Shown here in pieces: positions 9,806-19,593 of a stretch of 64,000 nucleotides of DNA. The notes below the pieces were generated by a model that was given only the letters and a program-made list of their open reading frames with translations, had not been told where the DNA came from and did not search any database. A program made the position numbers and the translations under genes. Position 1 is the stretch's first letter, and the number at the start of each line of letters is the position of its first letter. The DNA lies in contig JANRKS010000035.1 in assembly GCA_033763315.1 (NCBI GenBank), forward strand, positions 32,001 through 96,000, given 5' to 3'. This stretch comes from Deltaproteobacteria bacterium (lineage in GTDB: Bacteria > Myxococcota_A > Polyangia > Fen-1088).

Positions 9806-10563
9806 ACAGCGAGCTCGGTGACCGCAGCAGGCGACTGGCGCAAAGACGCGTTCCTATCCGGCCCAAGGCGCTTGGCGATTTCGGCATGAACGCGCTCAAG
9901 CACCTCTTCCCGATCGGCGCCTGTGAGTCCTGCGGTGGAAATCGGCGGCGCCAAAACCACCTCGACGCGCCCCGGACGAATGCGCATGGTTTTGGCCGGG
10001 ATGAGATCGAAGGTGCCACGCACCACCACGGGGACGATCGGCACCCCCGCGGTCAACGCGAGGTGAAAGCCGCCCTTTTTGAACTCTTTGAGACGGCCGT
10101 CGCGGGCCCGCGTTCCTTCTGGGAACACCAACACTGACACGCCTTCACGAATGCGGCGCGCGGCTTCGTCAATGCTGCGCCGAGCGGCGTGCGGGTTTTG
10201 ACGATCGATGAACACAAAACGACCACAGCGCAGAGCCCAACCGAAAAACGGAATGGAGCCGAGCTGTTTTTTCGCAATCATCCGCACGCGCATGGGCAGA
10301 ACCGAAAACAAAGCCCAGATGTCCGCTGACGAGACGTGGTTCGACATAAAGACATAGGGCTGGTTCAGATCAAGCTCTTGCTCGACCGTCATGTGAACCT
10401 TCATGCCTGTCACGAAGGCCAAGGTTTTTCCCCAAGCGCGCGCAAGGTCGATCACCTTATCGCCAGATTTATCGATCAGCCGCGCGCCGTACGCCAAGAA
10501 GCAAAAGACGAACGTGCAGACCGCAACAAGGCAAGTGTTAAGAACGCTTCTAATGAACCCCAA
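9802..10563 (-). CDS. plsC: 1-acyl-sn-glycerol-3-phosphate acyltransferase family protein
   Basis: NHxSxxD (SNHVSSAD), FIDR, FPEGTR, FKKGGF motifs. Confidence 0.88.
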   Translation of the reverse strand: MGFIRSVLNTCLVAVCTFVFCFLAYGARLIDKSGDKVIDLARAWGKTLAFVTGMKVHMTVEQELDLNQPYVFMSNHVSSADIWALFSVLPMRVRMIAKKQLGSIPFFGWALRCGRFVFIDRQNPHAARRSIDEAARRIREGVSVLVFPEGTRARDGRLKEFKKGGFHLALTAGVPIVPVVVRGTFDLIPAKTMRIRPGRVEVVLAPPISTAGLTGADREEVLERVHAEIAKRLGPDRNASLRQSPAAVTELAV

Positions 10564-10613
10564 AACGCCGTAATGCTAGCACCTGGGCGTTCCGGGTGAA
10601 GCCGGCAAATGCG

Positions 10614-11888
10614 CTAAAAACGCGGGTTTCGCAGCCGTTTGACGTCCACGCCGTCCAACATGCCGCGGACAGTAACAAGCAGATCTTGTGGCGAAAATGG
10701 CTTGTGCACGAAGGTGTCGTTGTCGCCCATTTCGTTGGGATCAAAAATACGGCTGTCGGAGTAGCCAGACATGAACACCGCGCGCAAACCGGGCTGCCGC
10801 AGCCGCAGACGGTTGACGAGATCGCGCCCGCCGAGCCCGGGCATAACCACGTCGGTCAAGACCAGGTTTACGGTGCCAGCCTGTTGCAGCAATTCGTCCG
10901 CCTCAGCGCCGTTGCGGGCTTCAAGCACCTGGTAACCCTGCTGCAAAAGCAGCCGCTTGGCCAGCTCACGAACCAGGGCTTCATCCTCCACAAGCAGCAC
11001 CGTTTCCGTGCCGATCGGCAGCGATGCAAAGGGTGGTGACAGGGCGCTGGCCTCCGCGCGCGGCGCGCTTTGTTGACCCACAAAATGCTGCTGCAAAAGG
11101 CGCCGCTCGGTTGAATCGATGCCCATGCCGGCGAGCAACGCCGGTCCCTCGCCATCCTTCAACGGAAACTTCAACGTGAAGAAGACACGCGGTCCTTGCG
11201 GCGTGGGCACCACCTCTTCAACAGCTTTGGGCAAGCCCGTGGTGAGGACTTCTAAGTCGCTCGCGCGAATGGGCACTGAAAATTCGAGCGGCCACAAATC
11301 CGCATCCGTTTTGCCGTGCCATTGCCCCGGCGCCAAACCAACCCGCTGCATGAACGCCGGGTTCACGTAAACGAAACGGCCCTCTTCGTCCTTGAGAAAA
11401 GCGATCGCAGGGCTGTTCTTCATGAACGCCTCGAACCGCGCTTCACTGGCTGCAAGCGCGGCCTCTGCGGTTTTGCGGCGGGTGATGTCGATGCAATAAC
11501 CTGTGCATTCGAAAGGCTCGCGCATCGGATCCATATCGGGCAGCAAGCGCACTTCGTTTTGCAACCAGCGGTAAGAGCCATCGCGGTGGCGAATGCGGTA
11601 CTCCCACAAACGGGCGCCTTCGGCGAGCAGACTCACGGCGGCGCGTTCAGGAAGGGCACCGCGATCTTCAGGATGCACGCGTGACAACCAAAAGGAGGCG
11701 TCACCAAGCACCTCGGAAGCCTCGAAGCCCAAAATGCTGCGGACGTTGGGGCTTAGGTATGAAAAGGTCCACAAGCGACCCAACGTGCACGTGTAGACGA
11801 TGGCCGGGTTGTGCTCCAACAAACGGTCGAGCAGTTGGCTGCTTACGCTGCCTCGGCTCCCCGCACCCCACCCTCCGCCCTCAGACAT
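10614..11888 (-). CDS. PAS-PAS-receiver protein (no HisKA/HATPase)
   Basis: PAS1 (VHPEDR...YRIRHRDGSYRW...DITRRK), PAS2 (KDEEGRFVYVN), REC (VLLVEDE...LTDVVMPG...MSGY...KPF). Confidence 0.85.
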   Translation of the reverse strand: MSEGGGWGAGSRGSVSSQLLDRLLEHNPAIVYTCTLGRLWTFSYLSPNVRSILGFEASEVLGDASFWLSRVHPEDRGALPERAAVSLLAEGARLWEYRIRHRDGSYRWLQNEVRLLPDMDPMREPFECTGYCIDITRRKTAEAALAASEARFEAFMKNSPAIAFLKDEEGRFVYVNPAFMQRVGLAPGQWHGKTDADLWPLEFSVPIRASDLEVLTTGLPKAVEEVVPTPQGPRVFFTLKFPLKDGEGPALLAGMGIDSTERRLLQQHFVGQQSAPRAEASALSPPFASLPIGTETVLLVEDEALVRELAKRLLLQQGYQVLEARNGAEADELLQQAGTVNLVLTDVVMPGLGGRDLVNRLRLRQPGLRAVFMSGYSDSRIFDPNEMGDNDTFVHKPFSPQDLLVTVRGMLDGVDVKRLRNPRF

Positions 11889-11891
11889 CGA

Positions 11892-12305
11892 TCACTTGCC
11901 TTTTGTCGCGGGAGCCGCAGCTGTTGAACCGCCATCGTCAAGCTCAACGAGGACACCGTAGATGATGCCCACCAAGGCGCCAAAGACAAACGGGATCTGA
12001 ACCAACGGCAGGCCTTGCACACCCAAAGAAGCGGGCAACGGCGCCGTGACCCGCCCCAAAAGCTTTTGGCCACCAAAGTACAACAGGCTGCTGAGCGCCG
12101 CGCCCACCAGGCCTTTGACCACGGGGGTCCACAATGTCTCTTGCCGCCACAGCGGTTTGCCGCAAACAACGCCCGCCAGAAAACCGATTACGGCGTAAAC
12201 GAGATACCCCATGGCTCCCTGCCCCAGGCCAAGGCGAAACGCGCCGTAGCCTACGCCCGCACCAACGATGCCGCCCTTGAGTAAGCCAGTGATGATTCGG
12301 AACAT
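11892..12305 (-). CDS. Hypothetical multi-pass membrane protein
   Basis: About four hydrophobic Gly-rich helices; fills the gap in a minus-strand run. Confidence 0.7.
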   Translation of the reverse strand: MFRIITGLLKGGIVGAGVGYGAFRLGLGQGAMGYLVYAVIGFLAGVVCGKPLWRQETLWTPVVKGLVGAALSSLLYFGGQKLLGRVTAPLPASLGVQGLPLVQIPFVFGALVGIIYGVLVELDDGGSTAAAPATKGK

Positions 12306-12360
12306 GGGGAACCGAGTATAGCGCCGAAAGCCTGCAGTCGCCTCGCGTCGCTACTAAACG

Positions 12361-13851
12361 TTAAAGCGGCGGCTGGACTGGCGCCGACGCGACGTTCTTC
12401 TCGTCGCCGGCGGATGAGTTGTGCGCGAGTTTGGCGTCCAGGGCATCCAAGGCACGCACCTCACTGGCAATGGCTTCACGATAAGCTTTGGGTCGACCCA
12501 CAGGGTTGTCCCGCATGCCTTTGACCTTCATCGGATCTACGTAGCCACCGTTTAAGGTCAGGCCAAAGTGCAGATGCGGGCCTGTGGACAGCCCCGTGGT
12601 TCCCACATAGCCGATCACCTGCTTTTGTTGAACGCGCGCTCCCGCCACGACGCCCTTGGCGAATTTGCTGAGATGATAATACCGCGACTGGTATCCGCTC
12701 TCGTGACGTATCACCACCGTATTGCCCGAGCCGCGCTTCATCGACGCTTCAACCACTTTGCCATTCGCTGCGGCCCAAACGGGTGTGCCGGTGGGAGCCG
12801 CATAATCGATGCCCAGGTGAGCACGCGTCATGTGCAACACGGGGTGAAACCGCTTCAGATCGAATTTCGAGCTCACGCGAACGTAGCGCAGCGGGGTCTT
12901 GAGAAAGCTTTTTGCAATGGCCTGGCCCTTTTCATCAAAATAACCTTCGCGTTTTCCCTCCACGTACCGAAAGGCTCTAAAGCGACCCACTTTGCCGCCG
13001 TATTCGGCCGCCAGAACGTGCCCGTAACCCTGAAAGCGCCCTTCAAGATAGCGCTTCTCGATCACGACCTTCCAGTGATCGCCCGGGTGTTGGTCGGTAT
13101 AGAAGTTGATGTCCCAGGCGAACAAATCCACCAGCATGGCGACCAATGCGGGTGACTCGCCCGCGTTCTGAACAGAGCCGTACAGCGAAGAGTCGATGCG
13201 GCCCACAACATTCTCGACACGCAATTCGACCGGCTTTTCATGCTTCGATGCCACCCATGTGCCATCCGCTTGCCGAGACACAACCACCGTGACGACTTGG
13301 CTGGGTCGATACTCCATGCGTTCGGGTTGGCCGGATTCATCAAACGCCAGAACATATTTGTGGCCTGGCCAAATCGTTTTTGGATCTACGATTTTCGCCA
13401 GCGCCGCCGAGACAGTGAGCGCGACGTCACCAAAGCCTTCGCGTGCCAACACCGTGCTCAGGGAATCTTGTTTGCCAAACTCACCCTCGATCACGCGGCT
13501 TTGGTTGTCGCCCGCGGCAATGGCGCCGGCGGCGGCTTCTTTGCGCTCGGTGCCCGGGGTGGCGGCCAATTCACCCGCGTGGCTTAGATCTGCCAACCGT
13601 TCGGCTTTTTGGTCTACCAAAGACTGGCTGAGCGAGGTGGGCGCGACCGCGACGTCAGGTTTGCCTTTGCGAAAGTAAAAGACATAGACGTTAACAGCCG
13701 TAAGCCCCACGAGCAGCAGGACCAGCCGCGTAGATCCCCGCGACGCCAAGGGGCGACGACGGCGCTTTGCAGGAATGGGTGAGGCAGCCACGCCCCCAAG
13801 ACGAGCACGCAAGCGAACCGACGTCAACTTAGGGCGACGAGGCGAACGCAT
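12361..13851 (-). CDS. M23 family peptidoglycan DD-endopeptidase (MepM/Csd3-like)
   Basis: TM anchor, HLGIDYAAPTGTPV (HxxxD), YYHLS, GLSTGPHLHF (HxH). Confidence 0.9.
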   Translation of the reverse strand: MRSPRRPKLTSVRLRARLGGVAASPIPAKRRRRPLASRGSTRLVLLLVGLTAVNVYVFYFRKGKPDVAVAPTSLSQSLVDQKAERLADLSHAGELAATPGTERKEAAAGAIAAGDNQSRVIEGEFGKQDSLSTVLAREGFGDVALTVSAALAKIVDPKTIWPGHKYVLAFDESGQPERMEYRPSQVVTVVVSRQADGTWVASKHEKPVELRVENVVGRIDSSLYGSVQNAGESPALVAMLVDLFAWDINFYTDQHPGDHWKVVIEKRYLEGRFQGYGHVLAAEYGGKVGRFRAFRYVEGKREGYFDEKGQAIAKSFLKTPLRYVRVSSKFDLKRFHPVLHMTRAHLGIDYAAPTGTPVWAAANGKVVEASMKRGSGNTVVIRHESGYQSRYYHLSKFAKGVVAGARVQQKQVIGYVGTTGLSTGPHLHFGLTLNGGYVDPMKVKGMRDNPVGRPKAYREAIASEVRALDALDAKLAHNSSAGDEKNVASAPVQPPL

Positions 13852-13887
13852 GACCAAGCCAACGATGTGTAAGTGGGGTAACAAAGC

Positions 13888-15585
13888 CTACGCGCGGCGA
13901 CGCCCCTTGAGCTTTTCGCCTCGCGCGCGCCGCAACATCTGGCGTGCGTGCTCAGCCGCTTCGGGGGTGGGCTCAACACCGCCCAGCATGCGCGCCATTT
14001 CCTCCTCGCGCTCCGCTTCGTTCAACACGCGCACTTCGGCCACCGTGCGGCCATCGTGGACATGCTTTTCAACCTTGAGGTGCCGATCAGCGAAGGCAGC
14101 AATCTGGGCCAAATGCGTGACGGCAAACACCTGCCGCTTCGTTGCGATAGACCGGATCTTGAGACCGATGACCTCAGCCACCGCGCCGCCAACGCCGGAA
14201 TCCACCTCATCGAACACATACGTGGAGGTTTGATCGGCCTGGGCCAAAGCTTGTTTGACTGCCAACATGATGCGCGACAATTCACCGCCCGAAGCAATTT
14301 TTGCAAGCGGTCGCGGCGGCTCCCCTGCGTTCGGCGCAAACTGGAACGTCACACGATCGCGGCCCGTAGGGCCAAGGCCGTCACTGCCCCGATCTTCAAC
14401 CTCAACCGCCACACGCGCACCCTTGAGGCCAAGCTCCGAAAGCGTGGCGTCGATGGATTTGCTTAGGCTTCGCGACGCTTGCCGACGTCGCGCCGCGAGC
14501 TCCTGCGCCAGAACGTTCGCGCGATCCCGTGCCACGCCCAAGGCTTGGCGTCGTTCAGATAAAGAATCTTCGTAGCTGCCAAGCTCCGCCAAGGCCTTGG
14601 TCAGCTGATCGCGGTTCGCAATGGCCGTCTCAAGCGAGCCGCCATGTTTCCGCGTGAGCCTGCCGATCAAATAGAGCCGCTCTTCAATCTGCTCCAGCCG
14701 TTGTGGATCGAAGCGAACCGTCGAAGCGTAGCGACCCAGATCGCGGGCCACATCTTCGACCAACGCTTGCGCTTCAGCCAAACGTTCTGCAGAGGCGCCG
14801 AAATCAGCATCCAAACGGGCCAGAGCCTCGAGTTCGCGCACCACACCACCAATTAAGCCCACCGCCGCCACCTCAGCCGAATACAACACCTGTTCGCCAC
14901 GAGCAGCGGCAGCCAAGAATTTCTCCGCGCCTTTTACGCGTTCACGTTCGAGCCGCAGCGATTCATCTTCGCCGGGAACGAGGTTGGCTTCTTCAAGCTC
15001 ACGCACTTGAAAGCGCAAGAAATCTTCGCGCTCAGCCCGCGTGCGCGCATCGGCCTCGAACGCGGCCACCTCAGCGGCGGCCTTCGATAAGTGAGCATGC
15101 GCCTCAGCCATTTGATCGAGAAGATCGTGATTGTCGGCGTAGCTATCGACGATGGCCATTTGGCTTTCGGGATCCATCAACGACTGCTGATCGTGCTGTG
15201 ACGTAATGTCGATCAGGCTGCCCACCACTTGCGACAATTCACCCGCGGTGGCCAATCCGCCCCCGAGGTAGACGCGCCCCTTGCCCGTCTTCGACAAAAT
15301 TCGACGCACGAGAAGGCCGTCATCGACCTGCCGGCCTTGCGCCGCCAGAGCCTCTAGACGGGAATCGCCCTGCCGCAGCGAAAACACGGCCTCGACCTGT
15401 GCCTCGTTGCTGCCCGACCGCACAAGCTCGGTTCGCGCGCGCCCCCCTCGCAGCAAACCAAGCGCATCGACCAAAATGCTTTTGCCTGCACCGGTTTCGC
15501 CGGTGATGACGGTGAAGCCTGGCCCCAACGACAATTCGAGCTCATCAATGAGGGCCAACCCTGAGACGCGGAGAAATGAAAGCAT
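13888..15585 (-). CDS. recN: DNA repair protein RecN
   Basis: MLSFLRVSGLALID, Walker A TGETGAGKS, ASGGELSR, FDEVDSG, VTHLAQIA; start ATG 15585. Confidence 0.96.
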   Translation of the reverse strand: MLSFLRVSGLALIDELELSLGPGFTVITGETGAGKSILVDALGLLRGGRARTELVRSGSNEAQVEAVFSLRQGDSRLEALAAQGRQVDDGLLVRRILSKTGKGRVYLGGGLATAGELSQVVGSLIDITSQHDQQSLMDPESQMAIVDSYADNHDLLDQMAEAHAHLSKAAAEVAAFEADARTRAEREDFLRFQVRELEEANLVPGEDESLRLERERVKGAEKFLAAAARGEQVLYSAEVAAVGLIGGVVRELEALARLDADFGASAERLAEAQALVEDVARDLGRYASTVRFDPQRLEQIEERLYLIGRLTRKHGGSLETAIANRDQLTKALAELGSYEDSLSERRQALGVARDRANVLAQELAARRRQASRSLSKSIDATLSELGLKGARVAVEVEDRGSDGLGPTGRDRVTFQFAPNAGEPPRPLAKIASGGELSRIMLAVKQALAQADQTSTYVFDEVDSGVGGAVAEVIGLKIRSIATKRQVFAVTHLAQIAAFADRHLKVEKHVHDGRTVAEVRVLNEAEREEEMARMLGGVEPTPEAAEHARQMLRRARGEKLKGRRRA

Positions 15586-15718
15586 ACTGATTACCCGTTC
15601 ACTGTTTTTCTGTTCAGTATTATCGGGCAAACCTTGCCAAAAGTTGCTGTTTTTTTTTCGATCGCCGGTAACGCCTGAAGAACACTGCGCATTTTCAGGC
15701 GGCGGCGGCCGGGATGGA

Positions 15719-16570
15719 TTAGCCCTGGCGTTCCCCCCACCGCAATTTTTGGCGAAGGATCGCAAAAAATGGGTTACTTGGGCGGTAGAGCCGCAGCGGC
15801 TGAGCCGCCTTGGAGATCTCAACGTGGGCGCCCGGCGGCATCTCGCGCGCCCACTGCCCATCGACCGTCAAGGTCACATGGTAGGGCGAGACATTGCGAA
15901 CGGTCAGACGCCGGTCGGCGCGCATCACCACCGGCCGATAGGTCAGCGTGTGCGGGCACACGGGCGTCAGCACCATAGCCTCAAGCTGCGGCGTTAAGAT
16001 GGGACCACCTGCCGCCAGGCTATAGGCCGTGCTTCCCGTGGGCGACGCGATGATGAGGCCGTCGGCCTTAAAGGTTGCGATGGGCGCCCCGTCAGATTCA
16101 GCGTCCAAGTCCAATAACCGAGCCACCGAGCGTTGGGTTAGAACCGCTTCATTCAAGGCGCTTCGTTCGGCAACGATTTGGCCACCTTCAACAAGCGCCA
16201 CCTGCAGGCGCATGCGCTCCTCAATCTCCAGCTGCCCCTGCGCGGCCGCGTTGACGACGCTAACGGCTTCGTTAAGTGTCCAGTGGGTCATGAAACCCAG
16301 CGAGCCCAAATTGATGCCCAACAGCGGCACCCCTTGATCCGAGACGAGCGAAGCGCCCACCAAGAAGGTGCCGTCGCCCCCCAAAACCAAAAGGCTGTCG
16401 ATCGACTTGCCCAGCTCCGCCTCAGGGACAGCGATTGTGCCGGGCAAAGACGGCTCACCCGGTTGGTGCACCGAAACGAAGTCGCATACGCCGGCAAGGG
16501 CAGCGATCAACCGCTCCGCCAGTTGCCAGGCCTCTGGCTTTCCCCGTTTGAGCAGCAATCCGAAGCGCAT
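15719..16570 (-). CDS. nadK: NAD+ kinase
   Basis: LGGDGTFL, GINLGSLGF, LNE, ADGLIIASPTGSTAYSLAAGG. Confidence 0.95.
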   Translation of the reverse strand: MRFGLLLKRGKPEAWQLAERLIAALAGVCDFVSVHQPGEPSLPGTIAVPEAELGKSIDSLLVLGGDGTFLVGASLVSDQGVPLLGINLGSLGFMTHWTLNEAVSVVNAAAQGQLEIEERMRLQVALVEGGQIVAERSALNEAVLTQRSVARLLDLDAESDGAPIATFKADGLIIASPTGSTAYSLAAGGPILTPQLEAMVLTPVCPHTLTYRPVVMRADRRLTVRNVSPYHVTLTVDGQWAREMPPGAHVEISKAAQPLRLYRPSNPFFAILRQKLRWGERQG

Positions 16571-16626
16571 AGAGGGGCATCATGTCATGCCGGGCGCCCG
16601 CGTCCCACTTCATGCTGCAAACGCAA

Positions 16627-16660
16627 CAAAACCCCGAACGCAAGCGCTACGGGGCTTTGA
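16627..16660 (-). terminator. Intrinsic terminator after the 58-aa gene
   Basis: Minus strand gccccg-tagcgcttgcgtt-cggggt followed by TTTGTT. Confidence 0.6.
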
Positions 16661-16671
16661 TTGCGGATTCT

Positions 16672-16848
16672 CTATTTCTCGTAGAACAAGGTGATGGTGA
16701 GACAGTGGAATTCGCTGTCCGAACTTTGAGTGACCACTTTGTTGGTCACTCGAACATCGGGGTTATCGCGCAGCCACCGGGTGACTGTTTCACCCAATTC
16801 GTCCCGCTCCCTCGCCTTGGTCGCTGTAAATACCTTGGCCCCCAACAT
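16672..16848 (-). CDS. Small 58-aa protein not in the ORF track
   Basis: AAGGAG RBS, ATG 16848, MLGAKVFTATKARERDELGETVTRWLRDNPDVRVTNKVVTQSSDSEFHCLTITLFYEK*, downstream terminator. Confidence 0.8.
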   Translation of the reverse strand: MLGAKVFTATKARERDELGETVTRWLRDNPDVRVTNKVVTQSSDSEFHCLTITLFYEK

Positions 16849-17264
16849 GTCGTGCTCCTTTTCTTACTCGCTGCCTCCGCCTGTGCGGTTCGCGGTACAT
16901 ACCGCAATCTCCCCCGTTGAGTAAAGAAATTTACGTTAGGGAAAATACATATGCCAGCACAAGAGAGGCTACTAGGTACGATTGCGTTTCCCCCCAGCCA
17001 ACCCAGGTCACCAACACCGACCCGACTGGGGGATACGCCACCTCTTGGACGTCCACTGACAGGACGCCCAAAGCCAGCGCACATGTAATGAGATGCTTTC
17101 CAGAGATTTTTCGGTGCTGTTTTCCGCTCACAAAAGACTGGATCGACCGCGTTGTAACGAAGGGACGGGCTGGCTGGGCTTGACCGCGTTTTGTGCAGGT
17201 GCTTTACTGCCGAGCTCACTCTTTCGCCCACCGCATTAACACTGCATTTGCCCGGAGTTCTTGT

Positions 17265-17480
17265 TTGGAGACACTTGTCGGAAAACCCCTCGAGGTCGAG
17301 GTACGGGATTCCATCGATAAGGCTGTGAAGATCTTGAAGCAACGTCTTTCTAAGGAAGGCGTCCTGCAAGAGCTGAAGCGTCGTCGGTATCACGAGAAGC
17401 CTTCTGTGAAGAAAAAACGCAAGATGCGCGAAGCACGCAAGCGTCGCCGTCGCGAAGCCAAGCGTAAAGTTGGGCGTTAA
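17265..17480 (+). CDS. rpsU: 30S ribosomal protein S21
   Basis: IDKAVKILK...KEGVLQELKRRRYHEKPSVKKKRK; GGAG RBS before TTG 17265. Confidence 0.93.
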   Translation: METLVGKPLEVEVRDSIDKAVKILKQRLSKEGVLQELKRRRYHEKPSVKKKRKMREARKRRRREAKRKVGR

Positions 17481-17497
17481 GGAACTGGGCCACCGTC

Positions 17498-18685
17498 ATG
17501 GATCAGGGCTCGTTCGCGGGCCTGTCCACGCTGGCGGTTGCGGCAGGCTCGCATGAAAATCGACAGGACGCGCTGGGACCGCACGGTGAGCGGCCCCATG
17601 TGCCTCCTGTTTTTTTGACGTCGAATTTCGAGTACACGGGCTCGCTGGGCGCGGACGCCGCGGCCGCTGGCGACGCCTACATTTACTCGCGGTACGCCAA
17701 TCCCACCGTGGAAGCGTTCGAGACGGCTGTGGCGCAGCTGGAGCGTGCCGAAGCCGCGTTCGCCTTTGCTTCTGGCATGGGTGCCATTTCGGCCACACTT
17801 TTGGCATATGGCGCGGGCGGCCCTGTTTTGGTGTCGAACGGCATCTATGGCGGCACCACCGAGTTTGTGAACGCGATCGGCGCGCCACTTGGGATGACGC
17901 CTTCGTTTGTGCCCGCCTGGGACACCGACGCCGTGGTCAGGGCGTTGGCCGCACGCCCCAAGGTGCTGCTGGTGGAGACGGTTTCGAATCCGCTGCTGCG
18001 CGTCGTTGATGTGCCCGCGTTGGCTGAGGCCTGCGCCAAGACCGGCACCGCGTTGGTTGTGGACGCCACCTTCTCCACGCCATGTTTAAGCCGGCCTTTA
18101 GAGCAAGGTGCCACGGTGGTGGTGCACAGCGCCTCAAAGTACTTGTCGGGCCACGGCGACGTCATCGCAGGCGTGGTGGCGGGCCGCCGAGCGTCGTTGG
18201 CAGGCGTGGCTCAACACCGCAAACTTATTGGCGCGAACCTGGGACCGTTCGAAGCGTTCTTGGCTTTGCGTGGGTTGCGGACGTTGGCTTTACGCATGGA
18301 GCGCCAATGCAGCAGCGCCAAGCAGCTGGCCGCATGGCTTGCGCAACACAAGGACGTGCGCGCCGTGCATTACCCTGGGCTGCCACGGCACGCTGATTTT
18401 GATCGTGCGCAACGCTTGCTCGCGAGCGGCGGGGCCATGGTGACTTTTGAACTTGCGAACCTGGAGGCCGCGCGAAGATTTTATGATCGTCTTCACGTGA
18501 TACGTCGTGCCGCGAGCCTGGGCGACGTGGCGTCTTTAGTGACGCATCCTGTTTCATTCTCTCACAAGGGTGTGCCCGAAGCCGTTCGTTTGGCCGCGGG
18601 AATCACAGACGGCCTGCTGCGTGTCTCGGTGGGGATCGAAGATGTGGCCGATCTTCTCGCGGACGTTGCACAAGCGTTGGCCTAA
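17498..18685 (+). CDS. PLP-dependent trans-sulfuration enzyme (cystathionine gamma-synthase/methionine gamma-lyase family)
   Basis: YSRYANPT, FASGMGAI, ETVSNP, VDATF, HSASKYLSGHGD, SLGDVASL, LLRVSVGIED. Confidence 0.92.
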   Translation: MDQGSFAGLSTLAVAAGSHENRQDALGPHGERPHVPPVFLTSNFEYTGSLGADAAAAGDAYIYSRYANPTVEAFETAVAQLERAEAAFAFASGMGAISATLLAYGAGGPVLVSNGIYGGTTEFVNAIGAPLGMTPSFVPAWDTDAVVRALAARPKVLLVETVSNPLLRVVDVPALAEACAKTGTALVVDATFSTPCLSRPLEQGATVVVHSASKYLSGHGDVIAGVVAGRRASLAGVAQHRKLIGANLGPFEAFLALRGLRTLALRMERQCSSAKQLAAWLAQHKDVRAVHYPGLPRHADFDRAQRLLASGGAMVTFELANLEAARRFYDRLHVIRRAASLGDVASLVTHPVSFSHKGVPEAVRLAAGITDGLLRVSVGIEDVADLLADVAQALA

Positions 18686-18693
18686 GGATTTTC

Positions 18694-19578
18694 ATGTGGA
18701 CTGAAGTGCAAATTGAAACGACTGAAGAGGGCGCAGATCTGGTGGCGGCCACTTTGGCTGAGCTCACTGGCGGCGTTGAGATCCGCGACGCTCAAACATT
18801 GATCGCGGCTCAACAAGGGCGCTCCGTGGTTGTGGCGTTGTGCGTGCCTGAGGCGCAAGACGAGGTGCTTGCGGCTGCAGAAGAAGTATTAGGCTTTGCG
18901 CGCGAGGCGGGGACGATGGTGGATCCCGTTGCCGTGCGTACGCGCTTGGCGCACGAAGAAGAGTGGCGCGACGTTTGGAAGCAGTTTTTCCGCTCCACGC
19001 GCATTGGCCAGCGTTTCGTGGTCCGGCCTTCGTGGGACCAAGGCAGCACCCTCGTGGGTGATCACATCATCGACCTCGATCCGGGCCGCGCGTTTGGCAC
19101 GGGCGCACATCCATCGACGCGACTGGTGATTGCTCTGTGTGAAGGGCTGGCCGATCGCGGATTCGCTCCACAGCGCGTTTTGGATCTCGGGTGTGGCTCG
19201 GGGATCTTGGCCATCGCGGCGGCGCGCTTGTGGCCTACCGCGCAGATCTTGGCCGTGGACAACGATCCAGAAGCCACGGCTTGTACTGAAGAGAACCTGG
19301 AGCGCAACCATGTGAACACCGTGGTCACGGAAACGGCGGTGCTCTCGCGTGGCATGGGCACCTTCGATGTGATTTTGGCCAACATCCAAGCCGATGTTTT
19401 GTGCCCTTTGGCGGAAGACTTTTGGGCGGCCACTGAACCGACCGGGCACGTACTGCTGTCAGGCATTTTGATCGAGCAGGCGAACGAAGTGGCGGCAGCC
19501 TTCGGTGCGGCAGGTTTCATCGTGGAAGAACGCCAAGATGAAGGTGAGTGGGCGGGCCTTCGCTGCGCCCGTCCGTGA
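18694..19578 (+). CDS. prmA: Ribosomal protein L11 methyltransferase
   Basis: EEWRDVWKQFF, LDPGRAFGTGAHPST, VLDLGCGSGIL, ANI, LSGIL. Confidence 0.95.
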   Translation: MWTEVQIETTEEGADLVAATLAELTGGVEIRDAQTLIAAQQGRSVVVALCVPEAQDEVLAAAEEVLGFAREAGTMVDPVAVRTRLAHEEEWRDVWKQFFRSTRIGQRFVVRPSWDQGSTLVGDHIIDLDPGRAFGTGAHPSTRLVIALCEGLADRGFAPQRVLDLGCGSGILAIAAARLWPTAQILAVDNDPEATACTEENLERNHVNTVVTETAVLSRGMGTFDVILANIQADVLCPLAEDFWAATEPTGHVLLSGILIEQANEVAAAFGAAGFIVEERQDEGEWAGLRCARP

Positions 19579-19593
19579 GGACAAGGCCGGGGC

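Noticed and set aside
15586-15861. Long N-terminal extensions in the ORF track for recN, dnaK, GH2, manA, treZ, ligase and vapC
   Set aside because: They overlap neighbouring genes or promoters; family-typical starts lie downstream.
16941-16956. TGGCATA-TGTA-TTTTC upstream of the 58-aa gene
   Set aside because: A -24-like box is present but there is no TG at -12; too weak to call.
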